A stretch of 64,000 nucleotides of DNA from contig CAWIXE010000001.1 of the NCBI GenBank assembly GCA_963840035.1, positions 704,001-768,000 of the forward strand, in the 5' to 3' direction. Source of the stretch: a candidate division FCPU426 bacterium. GTDB taxonomy: Bacteria > Oederibacteriota > PGYV01 > Palsa-1178. The notes beneath the pieces were generated by a model, which saw only the letters and a list, made by a program, of their open reading frames with translations, was not told where the DNA came from and did no database searches. The position numbers and the translations under genes are program-made. This document shows, one piece after another, positions 39,679 to 49,296 of this stretch (the stretch's first letter is position 1; each line of letters begins with the position of its first letter).

Positions 39679-40827
39679 ATGAATAAACCGGGAGAATCAC
39701 AGGTCATGTCAAAGAAATTTGTTGATTTAAAGCCTGGCTTTTTGGATTTTTTTGCGGGTAGTGGCCTTGTTTCCGAAGGTTTAAAGCATTATTTTGATAC
39801 AATTTGGGCAAATGACAATTGTATAAGAAAACGCAACATATATTGCGCCAATCATAATAGTGATGTTTTCCACTTAAAATCAATTGAAGAAGTCAAAGGT
39901 AAAGAACTCCCTCCGGCAATGTTATCTTGGGGTAGTTTTCCGTGTCAGGATTTGTCCCTGGCCGGCAAAATGGCCGGGATTTTTAGTACTAGGAGCGGTT
40001 TAGTTTGGCACTGGTTGAGGATTATGGACGAAATGAAACAGAGACCGCCGATTGCTGTGGCGGAAAACGTAGTTGGATTAATATCGTCGGCAAACGGGCA
40101 GCATTATAAACGTCTTCACGCCGCATTGGTTGAGCGGGGTTATAAGGTGGGCGCTGTTATTGTAGACGCATCCTATTGGGTTCCGCAGTCTCGCAAACGC
40201 GTATTTGTAATTGCGGTTGATAAGAATTTACCAACTAAACAATTTGAATCAGATGTTCCAATATGGTGCCATCCAAAGCCAATTGTTAAAATTGCAGAGA
40301 AACTGGATAATTGGGTTTGGTGGAATATGCCCGTTCCTCCGGCAAGAAAACAAAACCTTGAACATATTGTAAATTTTCAAGCCCCGGTCCATGGCAAAGA
40401 GAAAAATGAAAAATTATTAAAACTTATATCTCCCAAACATAATTTTATGTTGAAAAATGCCGTTGAAAACGGGCAAATGGTTTTTCCCGGATACAAGCGA
40501 ACACGCAATAACCGGCAGGTTTTGGAATTGAGATTTGATGGAATTGCGGGCTGCTTGAGAACGCCGGGCGGCGGAAGCAGCAGGCAATGGCTTGTGATAA
40601 AGGATAAGGATTTGTTTAAGACGCGTTTATTTACCACGGATGAACTTGCATCGCTTATGGGAGCGCCTAAAGGATATAAACTGACGGGATCATACAATGA
40701 GGGTTATAAAGCAATGGGTGATGCGGTAGCGGTTCCAGTTGCTCAGTACCTCGCAAAACAACTGCTTTTGCCGCTGGCCAAACTGGTTGATCGGGGAGAC
40801 GTAAATGAAAATAGAAAAATCTCTTAA
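39679..40827 (+). CDS. DNA (cytosine-5) methyltransferase
   Basis: FFAGSG, SFPCQDLSLAG, ENV, PQSRKRVF, terminal MGDAV.VPV. Confidence 0.95.
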   Translation: MNKPGESQVMSKKFVDLKPGFLDFFAGSGLVSEGLKHYFDTIWANDNCIRKRNIYCANHNSDVFHLKSIEEVKGKELPPAMLSWGSFPCQDLSLAGKMAGIFSTRSGLVWHWLRIMDEMKQRPPIAVAENVVGLISSANGQHYKRLHAALVERGYKVGAVIVDASYWVPQSRKRVFVIAVDKNLPTKQFESDVPIWCHPKPIVKIAEKLDNWVWWNMPVPPARKQNLEHIVNFQAPVHGKEKNEKLLKLISPKHNFMLKNAVENGQMVFPGYKRTRNNRQVLELRFDGIAGCLRTPGGGSSRQWLVIKDKDLFKTRLFTTDELASLMGAPKGYKLTGSYNEGYKAMGDAVAVPVAQYLAKQLLLPLAKLVDRGDVNENRKIS

Positions 40828-41731
40828 CAAGTTTTTTAAAGATAATAGCATGAACAGCAAGGGATCGTTAAGCGTGCTGCTTGTTGTAACAAGATATGCA
40901 AAAGAAAAGGGACTTCCAATTAAGACAAAAGATCTCCTTACGGAAGGAGGAGGACAAGTAGTCGGATTGGGCAAAGCGGCGGTTCAGTCCATCTTAAAGG
41001 ATTATGGGATTGATAGGGTCTTGGCTGAAGAAGGCGGACGAACAAGTCGTGGAAGTGTGGGAAATATGAAAAAATATGTTGAATTTTTAAACGACCTTAA
41101 GTTAAAAGAAAAGTTCGAATTGGATTTGATTGAAAGATGGTGTATTGGAAAAGTTAAGGCTTTTCTGTCCGGCAAACCTCTAATATTGAGATTTGATAAT
41201 TCAAAGTCGTTGAGGTCTATAGTTCATGACCTTTTATTGCAGGCTAAAAAAAGACAGGAACAATCTTCCGGCACGGCCTACCTTGGCGCAATTCTGCAGC
41301 ATTTGGTCGGCGCAAAACTTCAGATTCTATTGAAGCGTAAAATGAAGAATCATGGTTCTTTTGTCTCCGATGAATCAACGGAGCGTAATGCAGATTTTTC
41401 GATTGAAGATGTCACAATTCATGTTACGACGTCTCCAAGCGAGGCGCTTGTTAGAAAATGCAAAGAAAATATAGATAAGAACTTTAAGCCGATAATAATT
41501 ACTATCAATAAAGGCGTTGATATCGCCGAGGGATTGTGTGAACAGTCAAACATTAAAGATAGAGTTGATGTTTTTGAAGCTGAGCAATTCATAGCCGGAA
41601 ATTTATATGAATTGGGTAAATTTGCTTTGGAAGGCAGACATTTGACGGCAAATCAATTAATAGAATCATATAATGAAATAATAGATGAATGCGAAACGGA
41701 CCCTGGCTTACGGATTGAGATATCGCAATAA
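40805..41731 (+). CDS. DUF4928 family protein, putative restriction endonuclease
   Basis: GGGQV.GLGK.AVQ.IL..YGI.RVLAEEGGRTSRGS, LQHLVGAKL, ADF....IHVT; overlaps the methyltransferase. Confidence 0.7.
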   Translation: MKIEKSLNKFFKDNSMNSKGSLSVLLVVTRYAKEKGLPIKTKDLLTEGGGQVVGLGKAAVQSILKDYGIDRVLAEEGGRTSRGSVGNMKKYVEFLNDLKLKEKFELDLIERWCIGKVKAFLSGKPLILRFDNSKSLRSIVHDLLLQAKKRQEQSSGTAYLGAILQHLVGAKLQILLKRKMKNHGSFVSDESTERNADFSIEDVTIHVTTSPSEALVRKCKENIDKNFKPIIITINKGVDIAEGLCEQSNIKDRVDVFEAEQFIAGNLYELGKFALEGRHLTANQLIESYNEIIDECETDPGLRIEISQ

Positions 41732-41792
41732 CTTATTTTGTTGGGGAAAACAAATTAATGCGTCAACTGCGGAATAAGGAAAAGGAGACGCA

Positions 41793-42410
41793 ATGACTAT
41801 TCAAACAAACGTAAGGCATAATAGAAGAGGTACTTTAAAAAAAATTACTGATAAAATGAATCCGGACTTTATTTACCTTATGCAATCTCGTATGGCCCAG
41901 GCATCTATAGGGGCATCCTCTCTACGAAATCAAGGGAAATCCAAAGTAATAGAGATATGTCGTAAATTTTGCATGGCTATGGACCTCTCAAAATATACGC
42001 CCAAAAGTTTTAAAACCCAGCTGGATAAGGATACGCGTAAACTGCTTAAGCGGTTAGGAATGAAAGAAACCCAGTGGGGAACTGCCAGAAAAGCGATAAA
42101 TCTATTTTTACGCGATGTTTTTTATAATAAATATTTGGTACCGGTGTATAAAATGGGAAAACTGGATTACTTGTTGGAAGTGCCATTAGATACTCAGGTA
42201 GCTGATAAAATCAAAAGGTACTCTCAAGGGGAAGATTTGATATGGCATGGAATAAAACACACTACCGAGAGTGAAAACAAGGCTTTTCAAGATGCGGCTA
42301 ATCAAATTGCTAATGAAAACATCTCGATTAATTTTAGAGTACATTTGGATTTAATTTTTTGGCGTTATGAAAACGAAAACGTCCTTATTAAAGGTGCCGA
42401 TTATGAGTAA
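41793..42410 (+). CDS. Hypothetical protein in defence island
   Basis: AAGGAG RBS, 205 aa; WGTARKAINLFLRD and EVPLD..VA motifs. Confidence 0.7.
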   Translation: MTIQTNVRHNRRGTLKKITDKMNPDFIYLMQSRMAQASIGASSLRNQGKSKVIEICRKFCMAMDLSKYTPKSFKTQLDKDTRKLLKRLGMKETQWGTARKAINLFLRDVFYNKYLVPVYKMGKLDYLLEVPLDTQVADKIKRYSQGEDLIWHGIKHTTESENKAFQDAANQIANENISINFRVHLDLIFWRYENENVLIKGADYE

Positions 42411-43260
42411 TCAAGCTTGGAGCGTAGCTGAGGTAGAATCTGCTATTAAGGGATATTTTCAATTGTTGGAAAGCGAATTAAGCGGTAAGGCTGTTAATAA
42501 AGCTCGATTTATTCGAGAATTAAATACGCATATTAAGGACAGGACCAAAGGTTCAATTGAATATAAATTTGGAAATATAAGCGCGGTTTTGTCCGAAAAG
42601 GGGCTTGATTTTTTAAATGGATATGCGCCGTATAATAAATATCAGAACTTGCTTGTAAACATGACCGAGTCATATTTGGATGAAAATCCTAATTTTAGGG
42701 TCTTGCTTGAAAAAAAATCTCCCATTTCGAAACCAATTTTAATCGATGACCTTAGGCCTTATCAATCTTACATAGTACCGGTTCCAAAGGTCTCAGAATT
42801 GAAAGAGGAACGGGAAAGCTATCCCAGGCATATTGATTTTGCCGCTAAGGACTTTCGGAATAGGCTGTTGGGGAAAAAAGGCGAAGAATTTGTTTATGCG
42901 CTGGAAAAGAATAATCTTGAGAAGCAGGGTCTTGATAAACTTGCCACCAAAGTCAAATGGGTATCTCTGGAAGAAGGAGATGGGGCTGGATTTGATATTT
43001 TATCTTTTGATGCGAAAGGAAGAGAAAAATATATAGAAGTAAAAACTACGACCCTAAACATTAATACCTCCTTTTATATGAGTGACAGTGAAATTAAGTT
43101 TTCAAAGAAACATATGAGTGACTTTTATATGCATCGTCTATACGATTTTTTTAATGAAAGGCGTTTTTATGTTGCCGATACGGAAAAGTTGCTAAAATTC
43201 GATATAAAACCATTGCAATTTATGTTGAGCCCAACACCGGAACAGCTTGCAGGATTATAA
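42403..43260 (+). CDS. DUF3883 (NOV-C) PD-(D/E)xK nuclease with helical N-terminal domain
   Basis: G..GEE.V...E, GDGAGFDI.SF, IEVKTT; N-terminal RT.GS.EYK..NISAVL...GY.P. Confidence 0.85.
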   Translation: MSNQAWSVAEVESAIKGYFQLLESELSGKAVNKARFIRELNTHIKDRTKGSIEYKFGNISAVLSEKGLDFLNGYAPYNKYQNLLVNMTESYLDENPNFRVLLEKKSPISKPILIDDLRPYQSYIVPVPKVSELKEERESYPRHIDFAAKDFRNRLLGKKGEEFVYALEKNNLEKQGLDKLATKVKWVSLEEGDGAGFDILSFDAKGREKYIEVKTTTLNINTSFYMSDSEIKFSKKHMSDFYMHRLYDFFNERRFYVADTEKLLKFDIKPLQFMLSPTPEQLAGL

Positions 43261-43414
43261 AATCTAAGCCCCGTTGACTCGGGCCACTGGTTCCTTGACG
43301 GCAAGTAAAACACTGTTCCTCATACTATATGGAAGTTAAGAACACGGCCGGCGGGAGACAGAGCAAGTTCTGTCTCTACATAGCACAGAAAAAATATAGA
43401 ATAAGAAAAAGAAA

Positions 43415-43645
43415 GTGATGGTGAAGCGTATGAAAGTTGCAAGGTACACCTGGGGCGAGTTTAACAACGTGGAAGAATTGTCAAAGCAGTACCTTAAAGG
43501 CATGAGAAAACTTACAAAGACCGAACTGCTTGGGTTTAGTTTTAGGAAGCAGGATGTGGGGAAGGATTTTTATGCGGAAGAGGAATATATAGATTCGGGG
43601 GCAGACGGGACGACTGTTAAGTTTTCTTATGCTTTGGAGAAATAG
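43415..43645 (+). CDS. Small hypothetical protein
   Basis: 76-aa ORF with protein-like composition. Confidence 0.45.
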   Translation: MMVKRMKVARYTWGEFNNVEELSKQYLKGMRKLTKTELLGFSFRKQDVGKDFYAEEEYIDSGADGTTVKFSYALEK

Positions 43646-43669
43646 TCAGCTTTCGGCGAAAAAATAGAG

Positions 43670-43762
43670 TCCCAACACCGTGCCTTGACTAATGACATTA
43701 CAGAAAAATATGCCCTTAAAATAAGGGTAAAGTATTATTTGTTGACAAATACAGCTGTTTTG
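43670..43762 (+). repeat. About 90-bp intergenic direct repeat, copy 1
   Basis: CCGTGCCTTGACT.ATGACATT.CAG.AAAA...TTAAAATA...GTATTATTT; copy 2 at 45688-45780. Confidence 0.75.
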
Positions 43763-43889
43763 TCATTTTGTAATTACACACAATAATTTACAATATGATA
43801 ATTCTGAACTTATTGAATACCTCTATGTTATATGATATTATGCACTCGTTGGTTGGTTTTATCAAAATACCAATCCGGGGAGGCGTGTT

Positions 43890-44879
43890 ATTCTTAATAT
43901 ACATCAAATACTCAAAAAAAAATTGTATCCGGTTTTATTTATTTTTGTTTTATCCGTTCCTGCCCTTAACATGGCCGCTCCGGCTAAGCCTTCTTATCCT
44001 GTTGTCGTTTACCTTCAGGGCGGTAAAAGCATTGACGTTGGCAGGCTTGCCTGGGGGGATATGACTCATGTGGCTGAGGCTTTTGCGCATGCGCGTGCTG
44101 ACGGGACCCTGTCACACCGTAAGCGGAAGGGGCTTGTTTCCATGGCTCACAGCAGGAATGTCCGCTGTATGCTCAGCATTGGCGGGATGGGGGATTCTAA
44201 TGAGGACTGGCGGATGGCTATCGGGGCTAATCAGGATGCTTTTGTGAAGAATATTGTTGAATATATAACGATGAATGATTATGACGGTATTGATGTGGAC
44301 TGGGAATTTCCCCGGGAGCAGGATATGGTTAATTTTACTTCTTTCATGACAAAACTCTCTGCAGCGGTCCATGCGGTAAACGGTTACGACGGAAAGCCGA
44401 AAGAGGTCATGTTTTGCATCTGCGAGGCGCCCGGGAGCAACGGGGGATATGATTATCCCTCGCTGGGGAAGATTGTGGATTACGGGATTTTGATGTCTTA
44501 TAACTCACTGCCCTCGGCACAGGCGGCCAGCCAGTCCGCGATGGAGCTGGGGTTTCCTGCTGAGAAGATGCTCATAGGGCTCGGGCTTTTTGACAGCACC
44601 GGGACAAGTTCTGTTTTAAGGGTCATGAATGAAGGCAGTTATATCGGCTATGACGAAAGCCAGGAAACGGGGAGCTATTATTATAAGGGCGCCACGGTAA
44701 CCGTCAACACCCCGCAATCCATCAGGGCCAGGTTAAAGTGGGTTTTGAACCGGGCCGTCCCGTTCCCAGGCATAGCCGTATGGCAGGCCACATACGCCTA
44801 CCCGCCGACAGATAAAACCGCAGCGGAATTGTGGGATGCAATCGGCGGCGGGGAAGTTGCTGTGGATGAGGCGCGGTAA
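43890..44879 (+). CDS. GH18 chitinase-like secreted glycoside hydrolase (start uncertain: ATT 43890 or TTG 43923)
   Basis: LSIGG, YDGIDVDWEFP catalytic motif, LMSY. Confidence 0.85.
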   Translation: MLNIHQILKKKLYPVLFIFVLSVPALNMAAPAKPSYPVVVYLQGGKSIDVGRLAWGDMTHVAEAFAHARADGTLSHRKRKGLVSMAHSRNVRCMLSIGGMGDSNEDWRMAIGANQDAFVKNIVEYITMNDYDGIDVDWEFPREQDMVNFTSFMTKLSAAVHAVNGYDGKPKEVMFCICEAPGSNGGYDYPSLGKIVDYGILMSYNSLPSAQAASQSAMELGFPAEKMLIGLGLFDSTGTSSVLRVMNEGSYIGYDESQETGSYYYKGATVTVNTPQSIRARLKWVLNRAVPFPGIAVWQATYAYPPTDKTAAELWDAIGGGEVAVDEAR

Positions 44880-44987
44880 GTACGACTCGGGGAAAGGCGG
44901 GCGATTCGTGAATCGCCCCTACAAAAACAACAAAATCAAATAAAGAGAAAGAGTCAGACCATTACCTGATACACTCGGGGAGACAGA

Positions 44988-45474
44988 ATGATGCTGATAA
45001 AAGAAAAAGAATACAATTACGGACAGAATACCGGCACGTTGATTATGTTGGCTGTTCTGTTTGCCGGGTTTTCGGGGGGGGTTGGCTTGGATGGGGCATA
45101 CTCATACTGGCGGGTTGGTGATACGGAGTTTAATTAAGCTGAATCAGGGGCAGGCTATATTACTGTACTATACGCTGGCTGTTTCATTTGGGTTGCTTAC
45201 TATCCTTACGGGCGCCTCGGCTGTTTCTAGCAGGATGGAAAAAAGGAAGCTGATTGTGTACAATGACAGGCTGCTTTTTACCGGGGGCAAAGAGCCTGTT
45301 ACTCATTTTTTCAGGGATATATCATCGGCAAAAGTGTCACAAATCTCAACCGCACGGTTTCTGGAGGCTGATATGAAAGACGGGAATAAAGTGATGATAG
45401 CGGAGGTCAATTTTAGAACCGTAGCGGAATTTGAGGAAGTATCGGCGTATGTAATGGAAGCGGTTAAAAGATAA
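44988..45474 (+). pseudogene. Two-TM membrane protein frameshifted at a G8 tract
   Basis: GGAG RBS and ATG 44988; removing one G of 45074-45081 joins it to the 45061-45474 frame. Confidence 0.7.
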
Positions 45475-45540
45475 AGGGCCGTCCGTTTGAATTTATACAG
45501 TGCGTTTTCATTTTTTGACCCACAACATCCCCAAAACAAA

Positions 45541-45605
45541 CCGTAGAGACGGCCCTTGTGGCCGTCTCGCTCTGCTTTAGACGGGGACGAGCCCCGTCTC
45601 TACGG
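45541..45605. repeat. Paired GTAG-REP hairpins
   Basis: CCGTAGAGACGGCC..GGCCGTCTC / AGACGGGG..CCCCGTCTCTACGG. Confidence 0.8.
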
Positions 45606-45825
45606 ATTTTTTTTGATTTTTTCATATTTTTAGTATATTATTACCGTACGGTAAATATGGGGTGAAAAATGAGAATAACAGGAAGAATCCTAATACCGTG
45701 CCTTGACTCATGACATTGCAGGAAAAAGCGCTTTTAAAATATAGCCATTGTATTATTTCTTCTTAAATATGACGGTTTTATAGAGCAATGGAAACACAAA
45801 TCTAACTGCATTTCAGGAGGGCCTT

Positions 45826-47079
45826 ATCAGGAAGATATGGATTGTCTTAATGGCGGTTTTTATTTTATCCGTTCCCTTTGTACTTGCAGACACGCCTCCC
45901 CGTGAATGGTTTGCAACGGAGCTTGCTGTCAGGGACTGTAAGATGCCAAAGGAAGAATCACAAAAAAAGCTCAGCGAACTGCGGCCTTTGCTGGATAAAT
46001 ATTTCATCGATAACGGCGGCACTATAGCGGCTTACACGCCTGTTTTCCCCCTTGAAGGCTACGATGTCTATGACGCGGACACTAAAGGTTATATCGTTAA
46101 TGGGTATGATTTTTTTGACGGCAACCAGCATAAGGACCATCCCGCTGTGGACATATTCATACGCGACAGGAATCAGGACTGCCTTGACGACAGGACCGGA
46201 AAGCTGGTAAAGATATTTTCCGTAAGCCCCGGGGTCGTGACTGGGATAAATACGGGATGGACGCCCGGCAGCCCTTTGCGGGGAGGAAATTATGTTTTTG
46301 TCTATGACCCGTTCACAAAGGGGCTTTTCTATTACGCGCACATGTCTTATACCGCTGTGGACGTGGGGCAGGTGGTAAAGCCCGGGGATTTGCTCGGCAC
46401 CGTGGGCAGAACCGGGCTTAACGCTTACAAAAAGAAATCCCCGACACACACGCACCTGATGTACCTTAAATACCATGAAAATGGCTACCCCATGCCGGAA
46501 AAAGCCGCAAAATTCCTCTATGCCGCGCACAGGCACAGGGAAATTCCCGGGCCTGAAAGCCTTGCCCTGATAGCCTCGCAGATTCTCAAAGGCGCAAAAA
46601 ATGAGGCCGCGGCCGGAAAAAATTACAAAACAAACTATCCGGAACCGGAAGCCGGCACCGCCGTATTTCACGGCGCTGACGCGGTATTTGAAGCTTTCCT
46701 TTTCGCAGGCATAGACCTCAAGGCGCTTATCTCTGAGGATATGCGCCAGAATATCACCGTATATCCGGGCAGGATTATGTGGGATAAGATTAAGGCTGAC
46801 CCGGATTTCATCGAGGGGCAGTACAACGATATCACAATATTTTTTGACAGGTTCGCCGAGGAGCTTACCCTAAGGACGGATATTTTAAGCCTGCATCAAT
46901 GGGCGCCGGGTGACGTGGTAATCTGGAGCTATAAAAACGCGTACCATGCCGGCATAATATCCGACAGGAAAGACGGCGCAGGCACGCCATATGTCATCCA
47001 TTCTTACCCGGGTTATACAGCCGAGGAGGATGTTTTAAATACATGGAAAATAATACGGCATTACAGGTACGGAGGGTAA
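45826..47079 (+). CDS. M23 metallopeptidase fused to a DUF1287-like domain (probable ATC start)
   Basis: HPAVD, GGNYV, YYAH, G.VG.TG, HTH; C-terminal GIDL..LI..D, W.PGD.V.W, H.GIIS, EED.L..W.I..HYRY. Confidence 0.8.
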   Translation: MRKIWIVLMAVFILSVPFVLADTPPREWFATELAVRDCKMPKEESQKKLSELRPLLDKYFIDNGGTIAAYTPVFPLEGYDVYDADTKGYIVNGYDFFDGNQHKDHPAVDIFIRDRNQDCLDDRTGKLVKIFSVSPGVVTGINTGWTPGSPLRGGNYVFVYDPFTKGLFYYAHMSYTAVDVGQVVKPGDLLGTVGRTGLNAYKKKSPTHTHLMYLKYHENGYPMPEKAAKFLYAAHRHREIPGPESLALIASQILKGAKNEAAAGKNYKTNYPEPEAGTAVFHGADAVFEAFLFAGIDLKALISEDMRQNITVYPGRIMWDKIKADPDFIEGQYNDITIFFDRFAEELTLRTDILSLHQWAPGDVVIWSYKNAYHAGIISDRKDGAGTPYVIHSYPGYTAEEDVLNTWKIIRHYRYGG

Positions 47080-47205
47080 TTCAGCGGAAAGTAGCAATAA
47101 TTAATTACGACAAAAAATGGCAAAAAACAGCGCTGATTTCGGCGCGTTTTTTACGGCATGGTTTTTTGGAATAAATGGGAGACACTTTTTTTAGGAGGAT
47201 TGACC

Positions 47206-47802
47206 ATGAAAAACAAGACAAATGTGACAAAGTACGCTTTTTTGTCCCTGATTTATGACCTCGTCTTTACCCCGTTCTTCACTGCGGCGCGCAAAAAGAG
47301 TTTTGATATGCTCGGGATAAAGAAAAACGATAAAGTCCTGCTTGTTGGCGTGGGAACCGGGCTGGACATTCCCCTGATTACTCCGGGGGCATGGGTGACC
47401 GGGGTGGATTTGTCGCCAGCCATGCTTGAAAAAGCGGAAAAAAAGAAGACTTCACGCACTCAGCTGATAAAGATGAACGCGGAGAAACTGCAGTTTAAAA
47501 GCGGGGCTTTTGATGTGGTGGTACTGAACCTCATACTTTCCGTGGTTGAAAAACCTTCGGCTGCCATGCGTGAGGCTTACCGGGTGCTGAAAAAAGGGGG
47601 GCGTATTATGGTGTGGGATAAGTTTGCGCCGGGAAAGAAAACAAGCCTGGCCCGTAAGGCCCTGAATGTCATTACCTCGCTAATAGGGACGGACATAACA
47701 CGGAACTTTGAGGATATAACGCAGGGTATGAAACTGAAGATTTTAAATGACGAAGCTGTAATGTTTGGCGGGAATTACAGGACGATAATAATAAGGAAGT
47801 GA
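47206..47802 (+). CDS. Class I SAM-dependent methyltransferase (PmtA-like)
   Basis: VGVGTG, GVDLS..ML, FD.V, RVLK.GG. Confidence 0.88.
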   Translation: MKNKTNVTKYAFLSLIYDLVFTPFFTAARKKSFDMLGIKKNDKVLLVGVGTGLDIPLITPGAWVTGVDLSPAMLEKAEKKKTSRTQLIKMNAEKLQFKSGAFDVVVLNLILSVVEKPSAAMREAYRVLKKGGRIMVWDKFAPGKKTSLARKALNVITSLIGTDITRNFEDITQGMKLKILNDEAVMFGGNYRTIIIRK

Positions 47803-47912
47803 ATAAAGAAAGGTGTCAGGCCTATACCTGATAAATGACATAAGACGCATAATCAGACTTCGCCAAAGCTTCGCCTGACAAGCCATGCGCCCGCTAATAT
47901 GAGGTATAAAAC

Positions 47913-49103
47913 CTAAAATTTCACATTAAAAGCGCGGCGTTTTACCGCCAGGGAGGTTATCTTTTCCATTACTTTTTTCCAGTTATAATTCTCCCTGATG
48001 TTCGCGGAGGCTTTTGCGCGCATGGCTTTGTATTTTGACAGGGCGTTTTCCTTCATGTTAAGCACGTGTTCTATTTTATTTTTCCACGCTAATTTGGAGG
48101 CGAAACCGGCTATGAAGCCGGTTATTTTTTTGATTATAATTTCCTTCGGCCCTCCTATGTCAGAAACCACAACCGGGGCGCCGCAGGCCTGGGCTTCCAG
48201 CACTACCATGCCGAATGTGTCGGTGGTGCTGGGGAAGACGAAGAGGTCGGCGGCGGAATACAGCAGGGGCAGGAAGGACTGCTTTTGCCTGCCTGTGAAA
48301 ATGACGCGCGGGAAAGCGCTCATTTCAGCCTTAAACTCCTCAAGATACGGGCCGTCGCCGACAATCAGCAGGTTTATGTTCGGCCTTTCTTTAAGCAGGT
48401 TCGTATAGACCTCTTTTAAGAGCAGGAGGTTCTTGTCCTTTGACACGCGGCCCGAGTACATAAGCAGGGGGCCGTTTTTTATCCTGAATTTACCGCGCAC
48501 TTTTTGTCCGGCGTTCTTCCTGTAGCCGAAGATATCCAGGTTTATCCCGCGCTCGAAAACAGACATTTTAGCCGCGGGAAATCCGCGCTTTTCAAGTATG
48601 GAAATATATTCTTTTGTCGGCACTTTTATCTCATCCATGCAGGAGTAAAACCAGCGCAGGCCGGATTCTATGGAATCCTCAGCGAATTTATTTTTTACTA
48701 TGGTATTGGCCTGCAGGGTAAAATCAGTGTGGTAAATCCCGGTGGCCCAGATATTGAGCATATTTGAGATAAAAAGCCCGAAGAGCCCGACCGGCCCGGG
48801 CGTGGATATGATTATCTCATCCGGCTTGAAATTTTTAACGGCTTCAATGGATTCCGGCAATGACGGAATCTTTAGGGAAAGGTGCTCGTAAAAGGGAAGC
48901 TTGAAACTGCAGTAATGAGGCAGGTTCATGACATTGGGGGGAAGTTTTTCGCTGCTTTGTTCGGCGTTTGTCAGGCTTGTGGCCAGCCTGACATCCTTTC
49001 CCATTTTATGGGCGGTCCACGCGGCGTTCCTTAAAGTGACGGAAACGCCGTTTAAGTCCGTTAAAGTATCTGTAAACCAGAGAATACGCTTGTTTTCAGC
49101 CAT
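47913..49103 (-). CDS. GT4 family glycosyltransferase
   Basis: FTDT...NGVS, TPGP.G, YHT, GRVSKDKN, FPS.TDTFG.VVLEA.ACG.PV. Confidence 0.92.
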   Translation of the reverse strand: MAENKRILWFTDTLTDLNGVSVTLRNAAWTAHKMGKDVRLATSLTNAEQSSEKLPPNVMNLPHYCSFKLPFYEHLSLKIPSLPESIEAVKNFKPDEIIISTPGPVGLFGLFISNMLNIWATGIYHTDFTLQANTIVKNKFAEDSIESGLRWFYSCMDEIKVPTKEYISILEKRGFPAAKMSVFERGINLDIFGYRKNAGQKVRGKFRIKNGPLLMYSGRVSKDKNLLLLKEVYTNLLKERPNINLLIVGDGPYLEEFKAEMSAFPRVIFTGRQKQSFLPLLYSAADLFVFPSTTDTFGMVVLEAQACGAPVVVSDIGGPKEIIIKKITGFIAGFASKLAWKNKIEHVLNMKENALSKYKAMRAKASANIRENYNWKKVMEKITSLAVKRRAFNVKF

Positions 49104-49296
49104 TTTGCCCCCCGTTTCTTTATTTGACGCCGGCTGTATGGGAAAGGGTTACAGGAAACCGTATACTCTCTGCAATGTCAAAAAAAGTATGGTTTTCATA
49201 GAGTGTTTCTTGTTATATTAGTATTAAAGAAACATTTATAATTCCGATATATATAACAGCAGATATTGGTATGAATAGTTTTGTATAAGGGGAGTA

